From Thermoleophilia bacterium (GTDB lineage Bacteria; Actinomycetota; Thermoleophilia; RBG-16-64-13), in contig JAXGXJ010000009.1 of the NCBI GenBank assembly GCA_040772905.1, positions 540 to 64,539 of the forward strand: a stretch of 64,000 nucleotides of DNA, written 5' to 3'. Position 1 is the stretch's first letter, and each line of letters begins with the position of its first letter. The position numbers and the translations under genes were made by a program. Shown here one piece after another: positions 1-9,886 of this stretch. The notes below the pieces were generated by a model, which was not told the origin of the DNA, did no database searches, and saw only the letters and a program-made list of their open reading frames with translations.

Positions 1-1520
1 GGGCTCCACGCCAGATCGCTCTGCCCGTGGAGGAGCCCGCGTACATGCTCCCCGAGACACATCTTCTGCGGAAGAGCACGCCGGCGAGCGTGTCGGCGCA
101 GCAGGGTGAGCGCGACACCGCCAACGTGCTGCTGCACGCTTTGGCCCAGTTCGGTGTGGAGGCGCGGCTGATCGGGATGGTGGTGGGACCTCGCGTCACC
201 CGGTACGAACTGCAGCTCGCACCCGGCACCAAGGTCTCGCGCGTGACAAACCTCAAGGACGACTTGGCTTACGCCCTGGCGAGCACTGAGATCCGCATCC
301 TGGCGCCCATCCCGGGCAAGTCGGCGGTGGGGGTGGAAGTGCCCAACCAGCGTCCCGACTTCGTCACGCTGGGCGACATCTACCGCGAGTTCCCCAAGTC
401 GGCCGGTCCGCTGATGGTGTGGCTGGGCAAGGACATCTCGGGCAAGCCAGTGTACGCCGATCTCACCCGCATGCCGCACCTGCTCATCGCCGGCACCACG
501 GGCTCGGGCAAGAGCGGATGCGTCAACTGCCTGGTGTCGTCCATCCTCCTGCGCAGCACACCCGAGCAGATCCGCTTCATCATGATCGACCCCAAGAAGG
601 TTGAGTTGTCGCACTACGACCGCATCCCGCATCTGCTGGTGCCGGTGGTGACGAACATGAAGGACGCGGCCGGCGTCCTCCACAACGTGTGCAAGGAGAT
701 GGAAGACCGCTACGAGCTGATGGAACTGGAGCACGCGCGCAACCTGGGCGAGATGAACAAAGCTCGGGCCCGGCGCGGTGAGAGGGCGCTGCCCTACATC
801 GTGGTGGTCATCGATGAGCTTGCCGACTTGATGATGGTGTCACCGCAAGAGGTGGAGGAATACGTCATCCGCCTGGCGCAGAAGTCGCGGGCGGTGGGCA
901 TCCATCTGGTGGTGGCCACCCAGCGCCCCTCGGCAGACGTCATCACCGGCATGATCAAGGCCAACATCCCCTCGCGCATCGCCTTCGCCGTCTCCAGCCA
1001 GGTCGATTCGCGCGTCATCCTGGACGTCAATGGGGCCGAGACCCTGCTGGGCATGGGCGACATGCTGTTCAAGCCGCTGGGCGCCAGCCACCTGCAGCGC
1101 GTGCAGGGCGCCTATATTACCGAGGAAGAGATCGCCATCTTGGTGAACCATTGGCGCCATCAGGCCGAGCCTGAGTTCCGTGAAGAGCTCCTGCGCCGTC
1201 CGCCCGACCCGAAGAAGGGGGGTGGCTCCGATGACGACATGTTCGACCCCGACGAGGACGACCTCCTCGTCGATGCGGCGCGTCTGGTGATCGAGACCGG
1301 CAGTGCGTCTGTGTCCATGCTTCAGCGCCGTCTGCGCGTGGGGTACACGCGCGCCGGACGCCTCATAGACATGCTGGAGCGCCGGGGTATCGTGGGACCG
1401 TGGGAAGGGAGCAAGCCGCGGCAGATCCTCATCGAGGCCGATGACCTCGACCACGTGCTTGCCGGCTTGGACGGTGCCCCTCTCCTTGATGATGGCGACG
1501 ACGGGACCGCCGGTGACTGA
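1..1520 (+). CDS. ftsK: DNA translocase FtsK/SpoIIIE, C-terminal motor and gamma domains; 5' partial, reading frame open to the window start
   Basis: Walker A GTTGSGKS, FtsK motor motifs (VIDELADLMM, LVVATQRPS), C-terminal winged-helix gamma domain (SASVSMLQRRLRVGYTRAGRLID). Confidence 0.9.
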   Translation, partial: APRQIALPVEEPAYMLPETHLLRKSTPASVSAQQGERDTANVLLHALAQFGVEARLIGMVVGPRVTRYELQLAPGTKVSRVTNLKDDLAYALASTEIRILAPIPGKSAVGVEVPNQRPDFVTLGDIYREFPKSAGPLMVWLGKDISGKPVYADLTRMPHLLIAGTTGSGKSGCVNCLVSSILLRSTPEQIRFIMIDPKKVELSHYDRIPHLLVPVVTNMKDAAGVLHNVCKEMEDRYELMELEHARNLGEMNKARARRGERALPYIVVVIDELADLMMVSPQEVEEYVIRLAQKSRAVGIHLVVATQRPSADVITGMIKANIPSRIAFAVSSQVDSRVILDVNGAETLLGMGDMLFKPLGASHLQRVQGAYITEEEIAILVNHWRHQAEPEFREELLRRPPDPKKGGGSDDDMFDPDEDDLLVDAARLVIETGSASVSMLQRRLRVGYTRAGRLIDMLERRGIVGPWEGSKPRQILIEADDLDHVLAGLDGAPLLDDGDDGTAGD

Positions 1521-2610
1521 TCTGGTCGTCCCCTCCGTCACGGCGGCCGAGGTGATGGAGGGCGGGTTCCAAGTGGTCGATGTCCGCTCGCCCAGCGAGT
1601 TCGCCGACGGCCACATGCCCGGATCGGTCAACCGCCCCTTCTTGGACGACGGCCAACGTGTGGCGGTGGGTATCGCCTACGGGGAAGAAGGGGCCTCCAA
1701 AGCCAGGCTGGTGGCCATGGAGCAGGTGACGCCGGGTTTGGTCGCCTACCTCACGGGGCTGGCAGAGTTCACGCGCAGCCGGCCGCGTGGCCGTCGCGTG
1801 GCTGTGATGTGTTGGCGTGGGGGAGAACGCAGCCGCAACGTGGTCTTGCTCCTCGCCCTGCTCGGCATCCATGTGGTGACCGTCAGCGGGGGATACCGGG
1901 CCTATCGAAGAGAAGTGCTCTCACGACTGAGAGACTGGCGGCCTCCCGTGCCGGTGGTCACGCTCTACGGTCACACAGGTTCGGGCAAGAGCGCCCTGTT
2001 GCGCGCCTTGGCCGAGATGGTTCCGGAGGCAGACGAGCCTCGCCCCTGGGTGGTCGACCTGGAGCAGCTGGCGTTGCATCGTGGTTCGTTGCTGGGTGGA
2101 CTGAACCAGCCGGGCCGGCAGCGGCAGAAGGACTTCGACGCGCTGCTGTGGGAAGAGTTGCGTCATCAGCGCGGGGAGTATCTGGTGTTGGAGGGTGAGG
2201 GAGGGAGGATCGGACGCATCTATCTGCCCGGGACGGTGGCGGAGGCGGTGCGAAACGGCCTGCCTGTGAAGGTCGAAGCGTCTCTGGAGGAACGCGCCGC
2301 CCGCATAGTGCAGGAGTACGCACCCGAGCGGTGGGACGCCGAGGACGTGGCTCGCTTCCGCAAGAGCCTGGGTCTCATAGGCGGGCGTCTACCTAAGAAG
2401 ACCCTGCATTCCTTGGAAAGCGCTTTTGATGATGGTAGATTTACCGACGTCGTGCGGGAGCTCTTGGTCGCGTACTACGATCCTCTCTACCAGAAGTCGT
2501 CGGTGGAGGGCCGGGACTTCGTATGGGAGTTTCAGACCAGCTCCGACCCACGGGCCGATGCGCGCAGGTTCGTGCGCGACATAGGCCCTGTCATCCGAGA
2601 GGTACTCTAG
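1489..2610 (+). CDS. selU: tRNA 2-selenouridine synthase (rhodanese domain + P-loop)
   Basis: N-terminal rhodanese fold (VVDVRSPSEFADGHMPGSVN), then P-loop YGHTGSGKS, matching MnmH/SelU architecture. Start chosen at the ATG overlapping the ftsK end; the exact start is uncertain. Confidence 0.7.
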   Translation: MMATTGPPVTDLVVPSVTAAEVMEGGFQVVDVRSPSEFADGHMPGSVNRPFLDDGQRVAVGIAYGEEGASKARLVAMEQVTPGLVAYLTGLAEFTRSRPRGRRVAVMCWRGGERSRNVVLLLALLGIHVVTVSGGYRAYRREVLSRLRDWRPPVPVVTLYGHTGSGKSALLRALAEMVPEADEPRPWVVDLEQLALHRGSLLGGLNQPGRQRQKDFDALLWEELRHQRGEYLVLEGEGGRIGRIYLPGTVAEAVRNGLPVKVEASLEERAARIVQEYAPERWDAEDVARFRKSLGLIGGRLPKKTLHSLESAFDDGRFTDVVRELLVAYYDPLYQKSSVEGRDFVWEFQTSSDPRADARRFVRDIGPVIREVL

Positions 2611-3447
2611 CTGACTTCCCCCATCGACATAGGCGCCTCTCTCCGGGAGGCACGTATCCGCCGCGATCTCACCATCAAAGACGTCGAGGACGTCACCAAG
2701 ATCCGCGGCAAGTACCTGGAGGCGCTCGAAGAAGATGATTTCGAGGTGCTTCCCGGTGCCACATGTGTGGTGGGCTTCCTGCGCACCTACTCCTCGTTCT
2801 TGAAGCTGGACGCCGATGCCATGGTGGAGGCGTACAAGACGGGCTTCGCGCGCTCCCGCTCCGATGAGGTTCCCATTGTCCGTACCGACGTCACCAAGGC
2901 GCCGCGCTCGCGCACCAGCGCCGAGCGCAAGAAGCAGCGGGTGCGGCGGCAGCACGGTAGTTACGTTATAGCCGCGGTGTTCGCACTTGTGGTGGTGGCT
3001 CTGCTGGCCTGGTTCGGGACGGGACGAGGAGAGGAAGCGGCGTCTCTGAGCGCTGCCAACATCACCAGTTCCACGCTTACCACCACGGCTCCGTTGGTCG
3101 GGGGCAGTTCCACCACGTCGGCCCCGTCCACTACGGCTCCAGCGCGCACCACTACCACGGTAGCCGGCGGCACGGCTCCCACGGACGGTCCGATCGAAAT
3201 GGTGCTCTCCGTGCAGGACGAGGAATGCTGGTTGGTCGTACGCGAAGACGGCGAGGGTGGAGCTGAGGTCTTCGCAGGCACCCTGTCGGCGGGCGGCAAG
3301 CAGACGTTCGACGGAGCTAAGAGCTACTGGTTGATGGCGGGCAACCCCGATGTCCTGCTCGTCACCGTCGAAGGCAGCGCTTACACCTTGCAGGAACCTG
3401 CCGGGACTTTCATCGTCACGGGGGCCGGCGTAGAGCGTTCACAGTAG
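2611..3447 (+). CDS. rodZ: RodZ-like cytoskeleton protein (HTH_25 N-terminus, TM helix, Ser/Thr-rich linker, DUF4115 C-terminus)
   Basis: IGASLREARIRRDLTIKDVEDVTKIRGKYLEALEEDDFEVLPG...GFLRTYSSFLKLD is a typical RodZ HTH. TM segment YVIAAVFALVVVALLAWF, then DUF4115-like tail. There is no ATG/GTG/TTG between the upstream in-frame TAG (2608-2610) and the HTH, so a CTG start at 2611 is inferred. Confidence 0.55.
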   Translation: MTSPIDIGASLREARIRRDLTIKDVEDVTKIRGKYLEALEEDDFEVLPGATCVVGFLRTYSSFLKLDADAMVEAYKTGFARSRSDEVPIVRTDVTKAPRSRTSAERKKQRVRRQHGSYVIAAVFALVVVALLAWFGTGRGEEAASLSAANITSSTLTTTAPLVGGSSTTSAPSTTAPARTTTTVAGGTAPTDGPIEMVLSVQDEECWLVVREDGEGGAEVFAGTLSAGGKQTFDGAKSYWLMAGNPDVLLVTVEGSAYTLQEPAGTFIVTGAGVERSQ

Positions 3448-3450
3448 CCT

Positions 3451-4800
3451 ATGCGTGCCCCCGTGGGCCCATCGCCCAGACTCTATCTTCACACGCTGGG
3501 GTGCCCTAAGAACGATGCCGACAGCCGCACCTTGGCGCGGACGCTGGAGCAGCACGGTGTGACCGTGGTCGGCGACCCAGCATCGGCCACGCACGTCCTC
3601 ATCAACACCTGCGGCTTCATACAGGACGCGAAAGAGGAATCCATCGCTGCCATCCTCCAGGCCTGCGCGCGTCACGGTGGTCCGCAGGTGCTGGTCATGG
3701 GGTGTCTGGTGGAGCGCTATCGCGATGAACTGCAGGCGGGCATCCCGGAGGTGGGAGGTTGGTTCCGCCTGGGAGAAGAATCGCAGGTGGCGGACATGTT
3801 GAGGGCTGTGTCGCCCTCGGCCGCCGTGACCGCCTTCGAGCCGGCAGGTCTTGCGGCTGGTTGCTCGGCCGCGCAGGGCGAGGCCTCCTACGCCTACATC
3901 AAGATCTCTGACGGCTGCGACGAACTCTGTACGTTCTGTGCCATCCCCGCCATCAAGGGACGCTACTACTCGCTGGATGCCGGGTCGATCCTGATCGAGG
4001 TCGATGCGTGCCTGGTTCAAGGGGCTCGGGAACTCGTGCTGGTGGGGCAGGACACAGCAGTCTGGCGCAGCGGTGATATGGACCTGCGAGGGTTGATCGA
4101 CCGGATATTGGCGGACGAGCGGGTCGCCCGCGTCCGCGTGATGTATCTGCAGCCCGAGCACGTATCCGACCGCCTACTCGAATACATGGCCCGCACCCCC
4201 CGAGTCTGCCGCTATCTGGACATCCCTCTGCAGCATACCCACCCCGAGGTGCTCAAACGGATGGGGCGCTGGGGCGACGGCACCGTGTATGGCGGACTCA
4301 TAGCTCACGCACGCCGGCTGATGCCCGACGTCTCCGTGCGCTCGACGTTCATCGTCGGCTTTCCCGGCGAGACGGAAGAGCACTTCCAGCAACTTCTCGA
4401 CTTCGTCGACGACATGGGCTTTGACCACGCGGGCGGCTTCGTATACAGTCCGGAGGAGGGGACTGTGGGAGCCACCTTGCGCCCGCGCGTGAGGAAGCGA
4501 GTGGCTATCGAGCGCCTCAACCGGCTCACGGAGCTCTTGGCGCTCCGGGCCCAGGACGTCCACGGCCGGCTCCTCGGGAAGAGCCTGCCCGTCATGATAG
4601 ATGCGCTGGGTCCCTTCGGAGACGACGAGGGCGAGTCGGGCGTCGCGGCCGTAGGCCGCACGGAAGGCCAGGCTCCCGACGTGGATGGAGTAACCTACAT
4701 CGAAGGCGCCCTCCCCGAGGGGGTACGTCCCGGCGATGTGGTGAGCGTGACCATGACCGACGCAGTGGGGCATGACATGATCGGAAGATGCGATGACTAG
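3451..4800 (+). CDS. rimO: ribosomal protein S12 methylthiotransferase RimO (radical SAM MTTase with TRAM domain)
   Basis: MTTase N-domain Cys motif (LGCPKND...NTCGF), radical SAM CxxxCxxC (CDELCTFCAIP), C-terminal TRAM. A second MTTase (miaB) elsewhere in the window supports the RimO assignment. rimO-pgsA synteny. Confidence 0.8.
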   Translation: MRAPVGPSPRLYLHTLGCPKNDADSRTLARTLEQHGVTVVGDPASATHVLINTCGFIQDAKEESIAAILQACARHGGPQVLVMGCLVERYRDELQAGIPEVGGWFRLGEESQVADMLRAVSPSAAVTAFEPAGLAAGCSAAQGEASYAYIKISDGCDELCTFCAIPAIKGRYYSLDAGSILIEVDACLVQGARELVLVGQDTAVWRSGDMDLRGLIDRILADERVARVRVMYLQPEHVSDRLLEYMARTPRVCRYLDIPLQHTHPEVLKRMGRWGDGTVYGGLIAHARRLMPDVSVRSTFIVGFPGETEEHFQQLLDFVDDMGFDHAGGFVYSPEEGTVGATLRPRVRKRVAIERLNRLTELLALRAQDVHGRLLGKSLPVMIDALGPFGDDEGESGVAAVGRTEGQAPDVDGVTYIEGALPEGVRPGDVVSVTMTDAVGHDMIGRCDD

Positions 4801-4809
4801 CGTGGCGGC

Positions 4810-5445
4810 ATGAGACCGAACCTTCCCAACTCCATCACCTTGTTCAGGGTGCTGCTCGTACCTGTGCTCATGGTCTTTATGCTCGTCCATATCCCTTTGG
4901 GTGACATCATCGCCTTGGTGATCTTCGTGGTGGCCGCGGGCAGCGATTCCCTCGACGGGTACATCGCCCGGAAGACGCGTCAGACCACGGTCATGGGCGC
5001 ATTCCTCGATCCCCTGGCCGACAAGCTCTTGATCACGGCTGCGCTTGTCTCGCTGGTGGCGCTGGACGAACTGTCCGCCTGGGTTGCTATGGTTGTGATC
5101 GCGCGTGAGTTCGCGGTCTCGGGCCTGCGCATGGTGTCGGCGGTGCAGAACATCGTCATACCGGCCAGCAAGTGGGGCAAGGCCAAGACCGCTTCGCAGA
5201 TGTTGGCGGTGGCGGCGCTCCTCATCGAGCCGCGCTGGTTGGACCCGGGGTGGACATTGGGAGGACAGAAGATCACCTGGTACCTGGTCATGCTCATGTT
5301 GGTGCTCACGGTCGTGAGTGCGGCCGACTACTTCTTGCACGCCTGGAGGAGGCTCAGCGGCGGGGTGCAGGCGGCATCCTCGGGCGCTCCCATCGAGCAG
5401 CCGGGCGGTGATCGTGTCGGTCTCGACCGGGCGCGTGGTACATGA
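4810..5445 (+). CDS. pgsA: CDP-diacylglycerol--glycerol-3-phosphate 3-phosphatidyltransferase
   Basis: CDP-alcohol phosphatidyltransferase motif DGYIARKTRQTTVMGAFLDPLADK; polytopic membrane protein; conserved position upstream of recA. Confidence 0.85.
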   Translation: MRPNLPNSITLFRVLLVPVLMVFMLVHIPLGDIIALVIFVVAAGSDSLDGYIARKTRQTTVMGAFLDPLADKLLITAALVSLVALDELSAWVAMVVIAREFAVSGLRMVSAVQNIVIPASKWGKAKTASQMLAVAALLIEPRWLDPGWTLGGQKITWYLVMLMLVLTVVSAADYFLHAWRRLSGGVQAASSGAPIEQPGGDRVGLDRARGT

Positions 5446-6062
5446 GTGACGGCCGCGTGTCGCGAGGGCGGGAAACGGTCCGCCGCTCTCATGCCGGCTC
5501 GGGCGTGGATGGAGTGAGACAGAGGTTGTTCGTGGCCGTGCCTCTGCCCGAGGGACTTCTTCCGTCGGTCCAGCAGGCGCAGGCGAGTCTGCCGCACATC
5601 TCGGGCTTACGGATCCTTGGGCGCGAACAACTGCACGTGACCTTGGCCTTCATCGGCGAGGTGGACGAGGAGAAGGCGCGCGCGGCGTGCGCCGTGGTGG
5701 CCGCGGTACCGACCGATCTCGGGGGAGAAGGTGTGCTCGATGGATTCCTGCTCCTGCCCTCGCCCGGACGTGCGCGGGTGGTCACCCTTGCCGTGCGTGA
5801 CGAGGAGGGGGCGTTCGCTCGACTCTTCGAGCATGTGATGAGCGGACTCGAACGAAACGGGGTCATGCAGCGCGAGAAGCGGCCGTTCCGGCCCCATGTC
5901 ACCGTGGCACGCCTAAGGGTCCCCACGATGCTGCAACCAAAGTCGGAGTGCACCGAGGCACCCTACCGGATAGAGTCGGTGTGCCTCTACAGAAGCGAGC
6001 TGAAGCGTGAGGGCGCCGTGTACACGGTACTTGAGCGCACGAGAATGGAGGGGCTGACGTGA
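5442..6062 (+). CDS. thpR: RNA 2',3'-cyclic phosphodiesterase (2H / LigT family)
   Basis: Two H-x-T/S-x motifs ([10 protein letters not shown] and HVTVARL). The true start may be an internal GTG near 5514. Confidence 0.6.
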   Translation: MSDGRVSRGRETVRRSHAGSGVDGVRQRLFVAVPLPEGLLPSVQQAQASLPHISGLRILGREQLHVTLAFIGEVDEEKARAACAVVAAVPTDLGGEGVLDGFLLLPSPGRARVVTLAVRDEEGAFARLFEHVMSGLERNGVMQREKRPFRPHVTVARLRVPTMLQPKSECTEAPYRIESVCLYRSELKREGAVYTVLERTRMEGLT

Positions 6063-7219
6063 GTAAGACCCAGGGCGGAGGAGGAGCATTGGAGAAGGAG
6101 AAGGCTCTCGAGATGGCTGTGCTGCAGATAGAGCGGCAGTACGGCAAGGGTTCCATCATGCGTCTGGGTGACGAGTCGGCGGCCCTTCATGTGTCGGCCA
6201 TCTCCACCGGGTCGTTGGCGCTCGACCTGGCCCTGGGCGTGGGAGGAGTGCCTCGGGGTCGTGTGGTGGAGATCTTCGGGCCCGAGTCCAGCGGCAAGAC
6301 GACGCTGGCACTGCACATCATCGCCGAGGCGCAACGGGCCGGAGGTAAGGCGGCCTTCATCGACGCGGAGCATGCCATGGATTCGGCCTACGCGCGCCGC
6401 ATCGGAGTGAACGTCGATGAATTGCTGGTGTCGCAGCCCGACAACGGTGAGCAGGCCTTGGAGATCACCGAGTTGCTTATCCGCAGCGGAGCACTCGACA
6501 TCGTCGTGGTCGACTCTGTCGCGGCCCTCACTCCTAGAGCTGAACTTGAGGGTGAGATGGGCGACTCTCATGTAGGCCTTCAGGCTCGTCTCATGAGCCA
6601 GGCCATGCGCAAGTTGGCGGGCACCATAAGCAAGACTCAGACCACCGCGGTTTTCATCAACCAGCTCCGCGAGAAGGTGGGGGTCATGTTCGGCAACCCC
6701 GAGGTGACCCCGGGCGGCCGGGCCCTCAAGTTTTACGCCTCCGTGCGGCTTGATATCCGCCGCATCGAGACCCTCAAAGAGGGCACCGAGGCTGTGGGCA
6801 ACCGGGTGCGCGTGCGCGTGGTGAAGAACAAGGTGGCTCCGCCCTTCAAAGAGGCCGAGTTCGACATCATGTACGGCACCGGCATCTCCACGGAGGGCGA
6901 TGTCCTCGATCTGGCCGTGAACAACAAGATCGTGCAGAAGAGCGGGGCGTGGTTCTCGTACGGCGACCAGCGGCTGGGCCAAGGCCGCGAGAATGTGCGC
7001 CAGTTCCTGCGTGACAATCCCGAGCTGGTGCGTCAGTTCCGTGAAGAGGTCATCAAGGTGCTGGCTCCCGACTGGATGGCGGCCGCCCCGGCCGACGCAC
7101 CGGCTGGAGCGGATGCCGGGCCCCGCATGCAGTCCGCCGATGCGGGCGGCGACGGAGCGGGACTCGTGCAAGGTGGGCAGGCTGGCGATGACGCCGGGAT
7201 GCCCGAGACAGGGGTGTGA
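6059..7219 (+). CDS. recA: recombinase RecA
   Basis: Unmistakable RecA sequence ([10 protein letters not shown], Walker [20 protein letters not shown]). Confidence 0.95.
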   Translation: MSKTQGGGGALEKEKALEMAVLQIERQYGKGSIMRLGDESAALHVSAISTGSLALDLALGVGGVPRGRVVEIFGPESSGKTTLALHIIAEAQRAGGKAAFIDAEHAMDSAYARRIGVNVDELLVSQPDNGEQALEITELLIRSGALDIVVVDSVAALTPRAELEGEMGDSHVGLQARLMSQAMRKLAGTISKTQTTAVFINQLREKVGVMFGNPEVTPGGRALKFYASVRLDIRRIETLKEGTEAVGNRVRVRVVKNKVAPPFKEAEFDIMYGTGISTEGDVLDLAVNNKIVQKSGAWFSYGDQRLGQGRENVRQFLRDNPELVRQFREEVIKVLAPDWMAAAPADAPAGADAGPRMQSADAGGDGAGLVQGGQAGDDAGMPETGV

Positions 7220-7269
7220 CACGGTGATCGGGTGCAGGGCGCGCTGAGCCTGCACGAGGGCTGATTCTC

Positions 7270-7986
7270 ATGGCTCGAGTCCGCCGTCAGGATGGTCCGG
7301 AAGTGCGCTCGGGCGTCATCACCCGGTTGGCGGTGCGGTCGGGACGGCCCGACCGCACGCGGGTGTATCTTGATGGACATCTGGCCGTGGAGCTGGCCAC
7401 CCAGGTGGTGCAGGAAGCTCGTCTGCGCGAGGGCTGTGTGCTCGAGGAGCCTCGTTTCGCCGAGCTCCTGGCTGCTGATGAGCCTCATCGAGCGCGCTCC
7501 CGTGCGCTCCATCTGCTCGCCGCGCGCGACCGCTCGGTGGCTGAGGTGAAGCGACGCCTCGAGAGCGCCGGCTTCTCCGAGCCCACGATCGCGTCCACGG
7601 TAGCATGGCTTTCGGACCTCGGCTACCTGGACGATGAACGCTTCGCCGGCCGCTTCGTGAGCGAGAAGGCCAAGTCGGGCTGGGGCGAACGTCGGCTTCG
7701 CATAGAGTTGGCCCGCAAAGGTGTGGAGCGGAAGCAGGTCGACCAGGTCCTGGTCGCGTCACAGGAGGACGAAGAAGTCAGCCGAGCTCAGGATGAGGCA
7801 CTCGTCGGTCTGGTCCGCAGGCGCTTCGCTCGGCGTTGGGAGGAAGACCGCGAAGGCAGCGAACGTAGACTCACGGGGTTTCTTCTGCGCCGGGGATACG
7901 GCTGGGACGACGTCTCCCGTCTCATCCGGCTCATGGACGGAGACGCGCCGGGGCGTGCGGGCACCGGGGAGGTCGACGCTCCTTGA
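7270..7986 (+). CDS. recX: regulatory protein RecX
   Basis: Immediately downstream of recA; Arg-rich helical repeat protein typical of RecX. Confidence 0.8.
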   Translation: MARVRRQDGPEVRSGVITRLAVRSGRPDRTRVYLDGHLAVELATQVVQEARLREGCVLEEPRFAELLAADEPHRARSRALHLLAARDRSVAEVKRRLESAGFSEPTIASTVAWLSDLGYLDDERFAGRFVSEKAKSGWGERRLRIELARKGVERKQVDQVLVASQEDEEVSRAQDEALVGLVRRRFARRWEEDREGSERRLTGFLLRRGYGWDDVSRLIRLMDGDAPGRAGTGEVDAP

Positions 7987-8012
7987 CACCCCGGAGAAAG
8001 CGCCTGTAAACT
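7983..8012 (+). promoter_or_regulatory. sigma-70-like promoter candidate (TTGACA-N18-TAAACT) at the recX stop, driving the rny leader
   Basis: Perfect -35 TTGACA at 7983-7988, 18-nt spacer, -10-like TAAACT at 8007-8012. Confidence 0.3.
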
Positions 8013-8218
8013 CGCCATGTGTGATGATCGGTCGACGGCGGATAGGCCCGACCTTGCTGATAGCGATAAATGGCGTTGAGTAGGCCTTTCTGGATACATG
8101 GCAGGAGCCGAAAACGTAATTTAGACCTGGACATATCCGATGCCCGCCTGTGAACAGGTCGCAGGTCACCTAGGGGCATGGAATAGAGACCAGCAGGCAA
8201 GGAACAGCCAGTAGTAGC

Positions 8219-8250
8219 GGCCGGGCATGAGCTCGGCCTCTTTGTTTTCG
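8219..8250 (+). terminator. intrinsic terminator-like hairpin plus T-rich tail inside the recX-rny intergenic region (attenuator or sRNA 3' end)
   Basis: GGCCGGGCATGAGCTCGGCC stem-loop followed by TCTTTGTTTTCG. Confidence 0.3.
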
Positions 8251-8323
8251 CCGCCCGTTCTTCACTCCCCGGCAGGACGTGCCGTGATGACGACACTGAC
8301 GACATCGAGTGGAGTGATGATAA

Positions 8324-9865
8324 ATGAGTACAGGATTGGCGATCGTGGTTGTGGTGGTGGTGGCGATCGTGTGCGCAGCCGCCGGCTACTTCGCACGGAA
8401 GTACCTGGGGGAAGCGAAGATCAGGTCGGCGGAGGATGCCGCCGCTAAGATCGTGCAGGATGCCGAGCGCGATGCAGAGGCCATCAAACGTGAAGCTCGG
8501 GTTGAAGTTAAGGATGAGCTCCACCAGTTGCGTACCAAGGCCGAAGCCGAGATCAAGGAACGGCGACAAGAACTTGCGCAACTAGAGAATCGTCTGCTCA
8601 GCCGCGAAGAGGGGCTGGACGAACTGCAGAAAGACCTGACCCGCCGCGAGCAGTCGGTCACCGACCGCGAGGCTCACTACCGCAAGGTCATCGAAGAGGC
8701 GGAAGAGGTCCGAGCCGAGCAACAGCGCCAACTGGAGGAGATCTCGGGTCTGAGCAGGGAACAGGCTTCGGAGATCATCCTCAAGCGCACCGAGGACGAG
8801 GTGCGGCACGACATGGCCAAGATGGTCCGGGCCATCGAGGAGGAGGCGCGTCACGAGGGCGACCGCCGGGCAAAAGACATCCTCTCCATCTGTATCCAAA
8901 GGAATGCCGCGAGCCACGTGGCCGACACCACTGTGTCTGTGGTCCCGCTCCCGTCCGACGATATGAAGGGGCGCATAATCGGCCGTGAGGGCCGCAACAT
9001 CCGCACCTTGGAGAACCTCACCGGCATCGACTTCATCATCGACGACACCCCGGAGGCGGTGGTCCTTTCCGGGTTCGACACGGTGCGTCGAGAGATCGCC
9101 CGCCTCACGCTCTCGAAGCTTGTGGCCGACGGACGCATCCATCCGGCCAAGATCGAGGAGATGTACTCCAAGGCTCGCGAAGAAGTGGAGAGAGAGATCC
9201 AGGAGGCCGGTGAGCAGGCCGTGCTCGACGCCAACGTGCATGGGGTGGCTCCCGAGTTGCTCCGGCTCTTGGGCCGCTTGAAGTACCGCACCAGCTACGG
9301 TCAGAACGTGTTGATGCACTCTCTGGAGGTGGCGCATCTGGCTGGTCTGATGGCTCACGAACTGGGCGTCAACGCCAAGTTGGCCAAGCGGGCTGGGCTG
9401 TTGCACGACTTGGGCAAGGCTGTCGACCATGAGGTGGAGGGTTCGCACGCCACCATCGGCGGCAACCTGGCGCGGCGCTACGGCGAGTCCGACGCGGTGG
9501 CTCACATCATCGAGGCGCACCACAACGAGGTCGAGCCGTCCACGGTGGAAGCGGTGCTCGTGGCCGCGGGTGACGCGGTGTCCGGCGCACGGCCCGGGGC
9601 CCGTCGGGAGACTCTCGAGACTTACATCAAGCGACTGGAGTCGCTGGAGAAGATCGCCGAAGCCAAGCCTGGTGTGGAGAAGTGCTATGCCATCCAGGCA
9701 GGGCGTGAGATCCGCGTGCTGGTGAAACCGGAAGAGGTGGATGACCAAGCCGCCGGGCTGCTGTGTCGGGAGATCGCCAAAGAGATCGAGCAGGAACTCG
9801 ACTATCCCGGCACCATCCGGGTGACGGTCATCCGCGAGAGCCGCGTGGTGGAATACGCCAAGTAG
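8324..9865 (+). CDS. rny: ribonuclease Y
   Basis: N-terminal TM helix, long coiled-coil, KH domain ([15 protein letters not shown]), HD domain ([13 protein letters not shown]...HDLGK). Confidence 0.9.
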   Translation: MSTGLAIVVVVVVAIVCAAAGYFARKYLGEAKIRSAEDAAAKIVQDAERDAEAIKREARVEVKDELHQLRTKAEAEIKERRQELAQLENRLLSREEGLDELQKDLTRREQSVTDREAHYRKVIEEAEEVRAEQQRQLEEISGLSREQASEIILKRTEDEVRHDMAKMVRAIEEEARHEGDRRAKDILSICIQRNAASHVADTTVSVVPLPSDDMKGRIIGREGRNIRTLENLTGIDFIIDDTPEAVVLSGFDTVRREIARLTLSKLVADGRIHPAKIEEMYSKAREEVEREIQEAGEQAVLDANVHGVAPELLRLLGRLKYRTSYGQNVLMHSLEVAHLAGLMAHELGVNAKLAKRAGLLHDLGKAVDHEVEGSHATIGGNLARRYGESDAVAHIIEAHHNEVEPSTVEAVLVAAGDAVSGARPGARRETLETYIKRLESLEKIAEAKPGVEKCYAIQAGREIRVLVKPEEVDDQAAGLLCREIAKEIEQELDYPGTIRVTVIRESRVVEYAK

Positions 9866-9886
9866 GGGCGAGGTGTTCGGCAGGGA

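Noticed and set aside
5987-7255. 422-aa ORF on the minus strand overlapping recA, and similar long antisense ORFs (840-1631, 8582-10030, 10945-12210, 12839-14347, 54741-56765, 59277-60296, 61604-62635)
   Set aside because: Each lies exactly antisense to a well-supported conserved gene. High GC suppresses stop codons on the opposite strand. Products are Arg/Pro/His-rich low-complexity with no domain signal. Their GC3 is lower than their GC1, the reverse of the genuine genes.
8227-8448. 73-aa ORF spanning the rny start region
   Set aside because: It overlaps the well-supported rny start in another frame and begins inside the terminator-like hairpin. A Gly/Arg-rich product is typical of an off-frame reading of GC-rich DNA.
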